From Yuukianura sp. NJ FZ-2021 (Eukaryota), in assembly GCA_046563655.1 (NCBI GenBank), contig CM102287.1, positions 10,602,001-10,666,000 of the forward strand: DNA of 64,000 nucleotides, given 5' to 3'. The notes below the pieces were generated by a model. It searched no databases. It saw only the letters and a program-made list of their open reading frames with translations, and was not told the origin of the DNA. Numbering within the stretch: the first letter of the stretch is position 1; the number at the start of each line of letters is the position of its first letter. Below are positions 19,799 to 32,092 of this stretch, in pieces. Position numbers and translations under genes: made by a program.

Positions 19799-21042
19799 AT
19801 GAGTTGGAATAACGTCCAGTCACAGGGAAACAGTTGGATTGGAGACAGAGATGAGCGATCCTGGATCCAGAAACTAAGTGGGAATGTGCTAAGTGTTGGT
19901 CCACTTCCAAAACACGTTGGATTCATTCTGGATGGAAACAGACGATTCGCAGCTAGATCCTCCGTACCTCAAATACAAGGGCATGTCAAAGGGTAAGGGA
20001 ACAACACAACTCTTATCCAGTACTATTCTAAATCTCTTACTTGTTCACAGGTTTGACAAACTGGCACAAACTCTGCGCTGGTGTCTGGACCTCGGCATCA
20101 CTCAAGTCACAGTCTTCGTCTTCAGCATTGAAAACTTCAGGAGAAGTCCAGAGGAAGTGGCAGGACTACTGGAATTGGCACAAGACAAATTCACACAACT
20201 TCTCTCGGAAGAGTAAGACATCAGTCCACTTAAACTTTATTTCATTCATATTTCGTATCTTATGTATTATCTTTCGTTTGTTCTTTTAGGAATCGGCTCA
20301 ATGAAGAGGGTGTTTGCGTGGAGGTTGTTGGCGACTGGTCTCTCGTCCCAGAGTCACTACGGGAAGTCATGGCCAAAGCTATGCTCATCACTCGACACAA
20401 TCGCCGAGTCAAGCTGAATGTAGCCTTTGCCTATACAGCAAGAAACCAAGTGACACGCGCTGTCCAGACACTGGAGAAAGGAGTTCGAGATGGCCACTTG
20501 ATCCCGTCGGATTTGAACGAGGAATTGATGGAAAGGACTTTCCAAAGGATGCCTACATTTCCCCTCGATCTACTTATCCGAACCTCTGGAGAAACAAGAT
20601 TGTCAGACTTTCTTCTGTGGCAGGTTTCTTTTATTTACCCAATAAAAAGAATTTGTACAACATTAGATGAAAATCAGCTGACTGTTCAATTAACATTATT
20701 AAATGTGTCTGACAGAGTGCTGAGAGCGTTGTGTGCTACACGAAAGTCCTCTGGCCTCAGTTCACCTACTGGCACTTACTCGGAGCCATTTTCCAGTTCC
20801 AAGTGAATCACATGGCAATGCTTCAGGTGACAACCAATCCTTGACATCTCCACTTTGACCTTCATGTTTCTTTTGACTTGTAGATGGGCCACAAGAATAG
20901 GGAAAGCACCGCCGAAGCAGCAGAAACACGTCGTCGTCTGTTCATCCACCACTTCTTCGAAGGGAAATGGGAAGAGCTAAGGAAGGACGCTCACTTCAAT
21001 GTCCACTGTCAACAACCACCATCAGTGGATGCTCTAGCTTAA
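19799..21042 (+). CDS. DHDDS: Dehydrodolichyl diphosphate synthase (cis-prenyltransferase)
   Basis: [58 protein letters not shown]; five exons. Confidence 0.95.
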
Positions 21043-21244
21043 GTGTACCTGCCAACCACCACAGGGAATTATATTATGGAAGGAAATTATAAAACTACAA
21101 TTGGATTTGGAATAAATAACAAGGATTGCCATTGCCAGTTAAATGTTAACTTTCGCCCTTCCTTACCTTTGTTTTGGATCTCCTTTCCACAATCATGCAA
21201 TGATCAGTTGATTCTTAGTTGAACTTTGTTGAACATTTGTATGT

Positions 21245-22147
21245 CAAGTGGAACCGCAAACTGGAAGTTTCAGAATCAGAATTCCCAATTCGATGGTTGA
21301 CACCTCCACCTTCCACTTGTTTTTACACGACTGTCTGTGAACACACAAAAAGAGATGGAATTAACAGATCAAATCCTCCATCCTAACACAGCTTCAATTA
21401 ATTACAATTAACTTTAATTTAATTTAAAATTTAATTTAAAATTTAATTTAGTAGCTCTAGCTCCGTTTTTTCACTCAAAGTGTTTGTTTTTTGGGGGTTT
21501 GGAGTTGTGATGGTCCCTCCATGCATTTTTTCCATTGCCACCCACTCTCTCCCCCAACATCCAACTCCAAAAGGGTAAAACACTCCTTCGTTCTACTCCT
21601 TTCGTCTTCATATAAAAGGGAAGCTCAACCAATTCTCTCCTCCGCCGAACTTTTTATATGAATCTCAATTCCGAGTGCGGACCGCCGTGCGGACAAGCTG
21701 CTTTTGACAACTTTTGTTTCTGCATTTTCGTCTCAAGCGCAATCCAAGTCAACTTGGAGGCTAATCCTCCGAAAACAACACAAACTGCTCCTATTGTTAT
21801 CCGACAATTAGGCGCAACTACACTTTGAACTTGAGACGGATTCGACTGGCGCGAACTTTTTTCAAAAATTCAAAAATCAAAATCAAAACAACTTAATTTT
21901 TTTTGCTTTTCCATTTTCGCTTTCAAAGGCAAAAGGTTAGAGCTACTAAATTAAATTTTAAATTAAATTAAAGTTAAATTAAAGTTAATTGTAATTAAGT
22001 GAAGCTGTGTGTTAGGATGGAGGATTCATTCTGTTAATTCCATCTCTTTTTGTGTGTTCACAGACAGTCGTGTAAAAACAAGTGGAAGGTGGAGGTGTCA
22101 ATCATCGAATTACGAATTCTGAAACGTCCATTTTCCGGTTCCACTTG
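21245..22147. repeat. ~210-bp inverted duplication (21245-21459 / 21938-22147) around a ~480-bp spacer
   Basis: For example 'cacctccaccttccacttgtttttacacgactgtctgtgaacacacaaaaagagatggaattaacaga' is the exact reverse complement of 22031-22098. Confidence 0.92.
21647..21788 (+). repeat. ~140-bp dispersed repeat, copy A (copy B at 44429-44569)
   Basis: Near-identical sequence 'tgaatctcaattccgagtgcggaccgccgtgcggacaagctgc...ccaagtcaacttggaggctaatcctccgaaaacaaca'. Confidence 0.92.
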
Positions 22148-22155
22148 GCTTGGAA

Positions 22156-22726
22156 ATGGAAGGAGGTGTTGAGTTGCTGGAGTGTGGGGAGACTGGAGAC
22201 TTGTGCAAGATGGAGGCCATTCTCCAGGGAAACCCACAACTCATCCACTTCCAAGACGAGGACGGGTACACCGCAGTAAGAACTCTACAAATCATTGCTA
22301 AACCTTACAAGTTTCTATTTCAAGTCTAGTCAAATGTTTGTTTGTTATTAGCTCCACCGTGCCGCCTATTCCGACCAATCTGCCTGCGTAGCGTTTCTGT
22401 TGGAACACAAGGCTCAAGTGACGATTCGGACCCAAATTGGCTGGACTCCTCTCCACTCCGCCGCCCGATGGAACGCATTTTCATCGTTGGACATTCTACT
22501 GCGACACGGAGCAGAAGTTAACGCAGTATCAGACGGAGGACACACTGCACTTCACTTGGCAGCAGACTCTGGCAAAGCAGAGTGTCTCACGCTTCTGCTT
22601 CTCCATCCATCCATCAACTGCAACATTCGGAATAAGGCTGGAGACACTCCCTATGACCTCGCTCTCCGATCTGGCAAATTTGGCTACTTGTTTCAACTAA
22701 CCAAGGACTCCATCAACAACTTCTAA
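22156..22726 (+). CDS. ANKRD49: Ankyrin repeat protein 49-like
   Basis: QDEDGYTA|LHRAAYS, GWTPLHSAARWN, GHTALHLAA; two coding exons. The start codon is approximate. Confidence 0.8.
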
Positions 22727-22989
22727 AAGTAAGTTTACACTTTACTACTCTCCAAATGTTTAAGTTGAGGGACAAAGGTCAGAAGTAGTGGAAAGTGCCT
22801 TTAATATTCCGGAAGGTCCAATGATTCGATATTTAGCACACAAAACAATTAGTCAAAAATGTAACGTTAATGTGGAATATGAAAATAGAAAATAGCAGAT
22901 TCCATTCCAGTCCCACTTGATTATGATTAGACAAATTAGGAATACTGATTAGAGTGGGCATGCAAGTGAGTGGAGTTTCCGACTGGAGA

Positions 22990-25029
22990 TTAGTCTTCCT
23001 TCTGTGGCATGGAGCTCAAAATTTGAATGTCCAAGGCAGAGTCTGCATTTCCATTGTGATTAAGTGCCTTCATGGCTTTCCGCTTCTCAGCCAGCAGTTT
23101 CCGACGATTAGCATCTCTGTCAATCCACAATGAATCAATTAGCATGTAAACATGTTCCTGATTTCAGCCACATTTACAGTTGAGGTTTGACTTACGCAGT
23201 GGAAGAGACTGTCGTTGGTTTTGTAGCTTTCGTTTTCACTGGATTCTTAGGGCGACTCTTTGGTGGACTATTTTTGTCTACGGCATCCTCTGACACCTAT
23301 TAGCAAAACAAACATTACTTTTTTTAATGAATTTATGATTTTATTGGAGGGGTGAACTGTGACCTTGGTTTGTGGAGTATGGTTGGGGTCCAGTTCTGCA
23401 AAGATAGTGTGGATGTGATCCACTTGAATGAGAACCATGTCCCAAAATCCAGCTAAATCTTCGTTCTTCGTCGAAAAAGGTTCGTTGATTCCAACTCCCT
23501 TCAACCCTTCATTCTACAAACAATTGAGGAACTTAGGCACAAACTTCATTTGAATCAAGATCAAAAAGTGACTTACGAGGTTCGTCTCACAAAGTCCTTG
23601 GAACTGCTTGAACTTCTTGTTGAGGAGGAGTCGTGCTTTGCCGATAGCTGCTCGTATCTTCCCTGTCTCTTCTTCACTCTCGCCCTCCATCTTGGCCAGT
23701 TCCTCTTCCGCCGCCCAGATTAACTTCTGAATCTTGTCTTTCTCTTGGTCCATTTGGTCCAAGAAATAGTTGCCATCTTTAACTGGACTCATGGCTACTG
23801 GCTCTTCCTTGCAGGAGTCAATTGTTTCTGATGGTTGTGTGGACTGGCCGAAGTGTTGACTGGACGGAGAGGCAGAGGACTGTTCCGTTTCTCTCTGGAT
23901 CGGAATGAGTGTCTCTGTGCTGTGGTTTGCTGTGGAGAGGGGAGTGTTGGTTCCATAGAGACGCTGGATTCTCTGGATGATGAGTGAGTTGGGGTTGGAG
24001 ACCTTGCCGACGAGAGAAGGTGAGGCGAGTGGTGGGGCTGGTTGGGGGAGTGGTGCGGATGCTGGGTGGATTTTGTGACACACTCTCACTTCAGTTGACT
24101 GTTGACTTGAATTGTAGGACAGAGAGGAGTAGCCGCTCACTGACCGAGCAACCTTCAGATAGGACGGGGACGGTGCTGGATTTGAATTCTGGAGAATGAG
24201 AATATAGTTTACTATGAAATGGAAATAAAGATTAGTAGAGTTGTAAATTACGTGAGTTGTGATGATTTGAGATTGGAAGATGTGAGCTGTTCGTTTGACG
24301 TAGTGTGGACTCTCCAGATCCCCCATTTCATCTCCTAATGTGAGTTCTCCTAATGAAATCCAATCTTGTAATCAAGTCCATTCAAACTTATTCAAATAGT
24401 TGTGATGTGACTGACCTTGAGTGGATTTGGGGCTGTTGTTGGATGTTGGTGATTCCCTACAAGGAAGCACAAGATGTTAGTTTCCAATACTTTGCATGTT
24501 TCTCAACATTTGTACAAAGTTTCCTTATTCGTAGCTGTAAAGTGAGGTTGGTTTGGATTAATGAGTGGAATTAAGTGGAAGTGTGGTCGTCACCGGAGTG
24601 ACATTCGACCAGTTGACTGAGGATCAAAAGCAAAGTAGAGTTGACGTAATACGTGTCCTCCCCTCCACCTTATGACTCCTCTCGGACTGACGAAATAGAC
24701 TCACTATCACACCACTTAAGGAGAGGTGTCAAAGGAATTGTAAGAGCACATTCCACTCTGCATCTCCCCTCTCAAATCTCAGTCCCTCTCCAATTCCAAG
24801 CCAATAACCTACATTCTATTTCCATTCAATCTCTCCCCATCCAACATGTTCCCTCGGTCAGTGCCTCTTACGCAGTTGTTCCACTCCAATTCCTCGCCAC
24901 AGGAGACTCTTTCCAGTTCCTTTGCGGCATAGAATGACCTCCTGTGTGTGAAGTGTTGTTGACGGGAGTAATTACTGGATCCGTTACACAGCAGGACACA
25001 AACAATGATCTTCTTTTCACCCCTTCCAT
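22990..25029 (-). CDS. Disks large-associated (GKAP/DLGAP, vulcan-like) protein
   Basis: GKAP domain KDGNYFL...GKIRAAIGKARLLLNKKFKQFQGLC...EDLAGFWDMVLIQVDHI and a C-terminal RRKLLAEKRKAMK. The 5' exons are uncertain. Confidence 0.8.
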
Positions 25030-25868
25030 CTCAGATCACACCTACACACAGATTCAACTTCTATTACTCAAACCATCAACTGATCAATCCTACATGTTCT
25101 CATTTACCTTTTGACGCTCCTACTCCTTTCTCCTTCTTCCGTATCGATCCATTCCACAGCGATGGACTTCCTCAAGCCAATCTGTACAAATGGACGCAAT
25201 TAGTTAATGGACTTATGCATTAGGGAATCCTTTTCATTAGATACATTGTGGTTACACTACAAACCTCAATTGACTTACCTAACGCTTTCAGGCTTTCAAA
25301 GAAGCGTAATTAACCCCAGTTAATTATAACTTTTATAGTTCAGTTCAGTTAGCCCGGAGAAATTATCGATCCATTCCCAGGATTCGCCAGGCCTCGTAAC
25401 TTATTTATTAGTTTACATATACGCAGGGAGTTTACTATTCGTCGGAATTAGCACTGTTCAGTTACTTAGGATTGGAGGTTGAGGATTAGACAGTCATAGT
25501 CACCCTAACTGCACACAACTCTAAATATTTTACGTTTTTCTTTTAAGCTGGGGGCAACGTGAGAAGATTTTGGGGCGCCAAAAATTCTTATTCAAATCAA
25601 ATAATTTACAATTTCAAACCCTCCCATTTTTTTTTGTAAAGCAGACTTTTAGATTTAGACTTTTTTTGACGTTTGGATTTAATTTGAATGAATTCCAAGT
25701 ATTAACTATTGAATTTATAATAATATAATATAAGTATAAATATAATAGAATGCAGAATAATAAATTCATTGTTTTCTTTCCAGAAATTGAATATATTTTT
25801 TTCGTATCCGGCGCCGAGCTACTCCTGAAGGCTGAAATTAGTTTGACCTGGAAGGAAGAATCGAGTGA

Positions 25869-26380
25869 ATGGCGGATGTAAAGGAAGAGGATCGAGTACC
25901 CACCGCCACTGTCCGCCCTCCTGCCACCGCCACAAATTTACCTACCACCTCCACTGTCACTTTGCAACTGGAACCCACCACACAACAGGTAAAACAACAT
26001 CACATTAATTCCCACTTACAACTTGTAAAAGTAGACGAAATAAGTCAAGTGAAACAATTGTAGGAAGTGGAAGGGCCCCGTCTCGTTCTTCGTCTCAAGA
26101 AGGCGCAGAAGAAGGGGAAGAAGGTGGGATTCACGACGGAAACAGTGGACAACGAAACGATGAACAAAAAGAAGTCCAAGTGTAAGTGCCTCAAGTACCC
26201 ATTCACTTAATTCATTCGTCATAGTTGGTCTGTTCAGGTTGCTGCATCTACAAGAAACCAAGGATGTTTGGAGAATCTTCGTCAGAGTCAGAAGATGAGT
26301 GCGAAGATTGCCATGGACACCACGGCCAAGACCTGCATCCTCCCCCGCCGCCGCCACCGACTGCCCCTCCTCTTAGCTAA
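25869..26380 (+). CDS. PPP1R11: Protein phosphatase 1 inhibitor-3
   Basis: LVLRLKK...[38 protein letters not shown]; three exons. Confidence 0.93.
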
Positions 26381-26555
26381 ACTCTTGTATTCCACCTTTC
26401 CTTGACTGCCTGGGTCAAGGAAAGTCGTTCCAATGCCTAGAAGGAGGCTAAAGTAGACTAAAGTGAATAAATGTTAAGATGGATCCTACATTGGATGGTC
26501 ATTTATTCTAACTTTTAGAATTTGAATTTAGTAACTAACATTTGGACTTTGGTTT

Positions 26556-27167
26556 CTAGGCTTGTTCCAATTCGACGAGAACTCCTCCGCAATCCTTGGG
26601 ATGAAGAAAGACGACTGGTTTCCCATGTGCTCCAATCTTTGGCTCTTTATCCAGAACACGAATGTTCCCATCCTTCCTGAGGAATTGGACTGCCTTGTAG
26701 ACGTCTTCCACTTCGATACAAACGTGATGAATCCCCCCGTCCGGACTTTTGTCCAGGAACTTCTGAATGGGCGAACCACTTCCGAGTGGCTGGAGCAGTT
26801 CAATCTTGGTGTTGCCCAAATCTACGAACACTGTCGTCACACCATGAGCTGGAAGATCTTGAGGAGCAGAAACTTGAGCCCCCAGCACATCCCTGCAAGT
26901 GGCAACCAAATAGTAAGTCCTCATTTTCATACTTCCGGTGGGAAATAGTTGTATTTATTTATACCTGTACATTGCAGTAGCTTTGGGAAGATTGAGAGTA
27001 GCAATGGCTACATGATTTAGTTTGCCCAGTTTCAACAGAGCCTCTCTCACTCCAGGTTGTGTGGCAGAAGATAGCGTGCGAAGTGGCAAGAATTGACTTA
27101 AGTCTCTCTTTCCAGGGCCACCTCTTGATTTGAGTGTTGTCCGAATGCACAATCTTGTCACGAACAT
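26556..27167 (-). CDS. MCEE: Methylmalonyl-CoA epimerase, mitochondrial
   Basis: Basic presequence, LGKLNHVAIA, HGVTTVFV..GNTKIELL, GGIHHVCIEV, KIGAHGKPVVFLHPKDCGGVLVELEQA; two exons. Confidence 0.96.
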
Positions 27168-27245
27168 TGTTGTCTGGCTCAAATAATAAGCTGGACTAAG
27201 ATGAAGAAGAGAGAGTTGTGATGAGTGTTGTGGAGATGTTATTGA

Positions 27246-27514
27246 TCAGTGTGTTGGATTGGGTTGTTCGATGAGGAGTGCTTCTTTGGCAGCCGTTTGT
27301 TGGGGTTTCGTGCGTACGAGGTAGTGGACAAAGTGCTGAAATGAAAAGAGTAATTGATAATTAACTGAATAGTAAGTGATTTTTATAATAAAGTGGCAGT
27401 AGTTACCTCTCCACAGACGAATAGTCCTGCCAAGGTCACTCCCATGCAAGCGAACACTGCCCCACGATGAAGTTTGTCCAGGAACAGAGTAGTTTTGGGA
27501 GGACGCTTCAACAT
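27246..27514 (-). CDS. COX14: Small single-TM protein, COX14-like cytochrome c oxidase assembly factor (65 aa)
   Basis: Exons 27514-27407 and 27335-27246 give MLKRPPKTTLFLDKLHRGAVFACMGVTLAGLFVCGE|HFVHYLVRTKPQQTAAKEALLIEQPNPTH. Size, single TM and the LDKLHRG motif resemble arthropod COX14-like proteins (recognised from memory). Confidence 0.6.
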
Positions 27515-27820
27515 GCCACTGTTCTTGGTTTAATTAATGAAGTAATTCAGTTAATTGCGTAATTAACTGGAAACTAAATGGAGCTGTCCTAGCTGAATTG
27601 AAGGTGAGAGAGTGGGAAAAGTCAGAGGATTAGTGTAACTCCCCTTGTACCGTACCGGTCGTACCGCCAGCTGATCCGATACAGAGGAACGATACCGGTA
27701 CGGACCAGCTGTGTTGAATCACCGCATTCTTAATTTTAATTATTGATTAATTTATAGTTAATTGGTTTGTATTGACAATTGATTGAGAGTGTGTCATTTC
27801 CAGAATCTAGTGAGAGGAAG

Positions 27821-30062
27821 ATGGTGCTGAACGATGGAAGTGGACCAACTGCGTAAGAACATTTCCTGAGTCATTCCTAACTGGATGGAATTCCTTTGCT
27901 TTAGAGATGGAAGTTAATTGCTATTTGTTGCAGGGCTAGCGCAGACAAGTCCAAGAAAGCAGCGAAGAAGGAGGCAAAGGAAGCGCTCAAAGCTACTCGA
28001 AGAGAGGCTGTTCAAGTGAGGCTTCAAACATAAACCGCTTATACTGTCTAAATCTAATTGATTCTTTATATTGTAGGCTGCTGAGGCGGTTGATGTTGAA
28101 GTGGACAACTGTGAAGGGAAGTATGGGTCTCTTCCGCTGAATCAGTCGCAGAGGAGAGTGGACAGAGTGGTTACGCGAGTGGGGCACATTGGACTGGACA
28201 TTGCGGAGGAAAGTGTTTGGGTCAGAGGGAGACTGCACACGAGTCGAGCCAAGGGAAAGCAGTGCTTTGTCGTCCTTCGTCAAGGCACCTCTACCGTCCA
28301 AGGATTTCTCGCAGTTTCACCTCAAGGAATCAGCAAGCAAATGCTCAAATTCGTCTCCAAGTAAATTCACAAATTACAGAAATAAGACAACAATTATTCA
28401 TTTCCCTCTCTTTTCAGTATTCCGAAGGAGTCTATCGTGGATGTGAAGGGGCTGGTGAAGCGAGTAGAGAAAACTATCGACTCCTGTACTCAATCAGAAG
28501 TGGAACTTGCTTGTCAAGAGTTTTGGGTCGTCAGTTTGGCTCAACCTAAACTTCCGCTTCAAATCGATGATGCTTCTCGCCAACTTCCACCGGAAGGAGA
28601 AACTCAGGTCAACCATCCTTAACAATTTCTAATAATTCTCATTCCTTTTTTTAAATATTGTATTGCTTTTCTTTGTTAGGAAGACGTTTTGAATATCCGA
28701 GTTAACCAAGATACAAGACTTGACAATCGAATTCTGGATTTGAGAACTCCTACGAATCAAGCGATTTACAGAGTAGAAGCAGGGGTATGCAAACTGTTCA
28801 GAGACGCTTTAGACAAAGAGGTAACATCAATATCATTTCTGCAAAATGGGATTCACAAACTAAGGAATTTTTTTTGGTAGAACTTTGTTGAGATTCATAC
28901 GCCAAAGATCATTTCTGCTGCAAGTGAGGGCGGGGCCAATGTGTTCACAGTGTCGTACTTCAAGGGGTCTGCCTACTTGGCCCAGAGTCCACAACTCTAT
29001 AAGCAAATGGCGATTGCCGGGGACTTTGAGCGAGTTTACACGATTGGCTCTGTGTTCCGTGCAGAAGACAGCAACACGCACAGACATCTGACAGAGTTCA
29101 TTGGACTGGATTTGGAAATGGCCTTTGACTCGCACTACCACGAAGTGGTGGATACTATTGGGAACCTCTTCACATCCATCTTCAGAGGACTCGCTCAGAA
29201 GTACGGAAGAGAAGTGGAGACGGTGGGACGCCAGTATCCCTGTCCCCCCTTCACCTTCTTGGACCCACCTTTGCGTCTCGAGTATCGCTATGCAGTGGAA
29301 CTCCTGAGAGAGGCTGGAGTGGAGATGGGAGACGAAGAAGACTTGTCCACTCCGAATGAGAAGCTGCTCGGTCGACTGGTCAAAGCCAAATACGACACTG
29401 ACTTTTTCATTCTGGACAAATACCCTCTGGCAGTGAGGCCATTCTACACAATGCCTGATCCCACTAACCCCAAGTACTCCAATTCATACGACATGTTCAT
29501 GAGGGGAGAAGAAATTCTGTCTGGAGCACAAAGAATTCACGACCCTCAAGTAAGTCTTCATTTCTTTTACATTATTTTAAAATTCAATTCCAAGTAAGTC
29601 CCATTACGGCCTCTAGCAATAGTTATGCATTCCAAGTTTCCTGTAGTCCAAAGGACCTACTTTTTACTTGTAAATATTCAATTGAAAAATTGAATTGAAA
29701 GTAATTTGTATAGACGAAAGAGATGGTAGGATTAGAGTTGGTTTTTTGTTGGAGTGACCTCTGTGGTGGTTGTACTTGGGAAAATCACTTTTTGTGTTCT
29801 AAGAAGCGGCCTTGAGGGAGATGCTTAGTCATTTTCATTCTGTTCTCATCCTTGTTTTTTGTAGATGTTGGCTGAACGTGCGAAGATTCATGGTGTGGAT
29901 GTGGACAAGATCCGGAGTTACATCGACTCCTTCAAGTACGGGTGTGTTCCGCATGGAGGAGGAGGGATTGGACTGGAGAGAGTGACGATGCTCTACCTGG
30001 GACTGGACAACATTCGGAAAACATCCATGTTCCCACGCGACCCCAAAAGAATTACGCCTTAA
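27821..30062 (+). CDS. DARS1: Aspartate--tRNA ligase, cytoplasmic
   Basis: [81 protein letters not shown]...[10 protein letters not shown]. Confidence 0.98.
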
Positions 30063-30568
30063 GGGAAGGGGGTCAAGGGCCTCCTCACGATTAGTTCTGG
30101 GAACCAAGAATAAAGGCCCTCTGACGGTACATTGCTCTTCCATGGGAATTCTTCTCTAATTCATCCAAACTACTCTTATTGTCCAACTAAATTGGTCTCA
30201 AGTAAGGAGGTGAAAAAGTGGACAGTAAAATGGTCGAAGAGTGAAAAGATGGAAAGTGTGTAGTATTTGGACCATTTTGGAAGGAGTGACGTGAGTAGCT
30301 GAGTACGTGGATTGGTGGAGTGCCTGAAGGTCATTGGGTTGAGGTCAAGTGGGGAACGGGTTTGAGTGAAAGTGGGGAAGGAAACGTGTTTGGGTGGAAT
30401 TGAGGTCATTTGAGCCACTTTCCCTTCCCACCCACCCACCAAGGTCTCCCTTGCATTTCCTCCCCACCGTGAGTGGGAGGGTGGGGCAGAGCCTATAAAA
30501 GATCCCTTTGTACTCCCTCTCAAAAGTCTGTCTGTCGGCGGCTGGGCACGCAGCCACTTCCTGTCACC

Positions 30569-31727
30569 ATGTTCCTCCAAGTGTGTCTCCTCGTCCTGGG
30601 TCTCTGGACACTGTCCTGCCAAGCACAGAGGCAACTGGCGCTGCCTGACCCAAGGTCATGCACCAACCGTAAGCAACTATATTCACTCCTTCTTGGCCAC
30701 TGCTCAAGTGGACCACTCTTGGTGCAATCTCAGTTACACCAACACTTGCTCTAACGAAACAACCATTACGACAATCAGTCACCAAAAACAACAAAAATGT
30801 CCACTTTGTCTCATTTTTCATTGGAAGTGAAAGGTGGTTTGATTGAGAGTGAAAGGCTCTTGCACTTTCCCTCTTCAATTCCTCTTTCAATTCCTGTTTT
30901 GAAAGGAAGAGTGCGGAATTGAGGTCGTGCCAATTAGATTGTCTAATCTCCTTCCCAATTGTGAAGAATTAGCAAAGTCACTCTTTGCTAATTGAAAGGG
31001 AAAGTGGTTTATTTTTAGGAACTCTCCTTTGTGCCACTTGTAAGTTTCACTTTGTATAGGTGTGCGGCATGCGAGTTGGAGGGACCCCCGGGGGGTGGTC
31101 CACAACTACTTTTTCTCGTGGGAACATGGACCCACAAGGAATCTGGAGGTGGATTGGCTAGGTGAGTACTTTAAGTCCCCCTCTTTCTTTTTTAACCAAA
31201 TTTTGAATGTTTAGATGCTCGGAACATTTGTCGTCGTCACTGCATGGACGCAGTGAGCATTGAGACGCCAGCAGAAAACGATTTCGTGAAGCAGCGCCTG
31301 GCTCGAGGCAGAGTTCGCTACATTTGGACGAGCGGCAGAAAGTGTAACTTTGGCGGGTGCAATCGACCAGATCTTCAGCCCAATTTGGTAAACGGCTGGT
31401 TTTGGTCTGGGTCTGGAGCTAGAATTGGTCCAACAAACAACAGAGCCAACGGAGACTGGTCGCACACGGGAGGATTCGGACGAGCACAGCCAGACAACAG
31501 GGAGATTGCGCAGGTAAAATTCATTTTGACTTCAAATTGTACTTCCACTGACTGCGTTTGTGTGTTAGGGTAATGACGAGGCGTGTCTGTCCATCCTGAA
31601 CAACTTCTACAACGACGGAATCAAGTGGCACGATGTGGCTTGTCACCACTTGAAGCCCTTCGTCTGCGAGGACTCGGATGAACTGATGAACTTTGTGAGG
31701 TCGCGCAACCCTGGAGCCCGTGTGTAG
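30569..31727 (+). CDS. Secreted C-type lectin-like protein (arthropod CTL)
   Basis: Signal peptide, LALPDPRSC, VDWLDARNICRRHCMDAVSIET, YIWTSGRKCNF, NGWFWSGS, QPDN, ACLSILNNFYNDGIKWHDVACHHLKPFVCEDS. TATA box at ~30494. Confidence 0.92.
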
Positions 31728-32092
31728 ATTCCTCTATATTTATATTTTATTTAATGAGTCACAAGTAGCGGAAGTAGAAATAAAGTGGGAGTGGAGAACT
31801 AATCTGTGGGTGGAGAGGTCACTGGTCACTTGAGGTCACTTCCTTGCTGGAACTTCCTCTTTCCACCAATTATGGCCACATTCCTCTTGTGCCAATTCAT
31901 CACTAGTTCCTATGATGTGGGTAGTTAGGAGAGGAGGTGTCCATCTTGGATCGTGAGATGTTGGATCTCAAATAAAAAGGGAAGGGGGGGCTGAGTGGTC
32001 AGTCGCTGTCTGCCTGTCGCCACTCAACCACAACACTCCCATCTCTCCAACACTTCACTCCAACTTCTTCCGAAATTAGTCGCCAAGGCAAC

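Noticed and set aside
21647..21788. Spliced-leader RNA gene interpretation of the duplicated 140-bp segment
   Set aside because: I could not find a convincing leader|GT donor followed by a canonical Sm site on either strand. It is retained only as an unexplained repeat.
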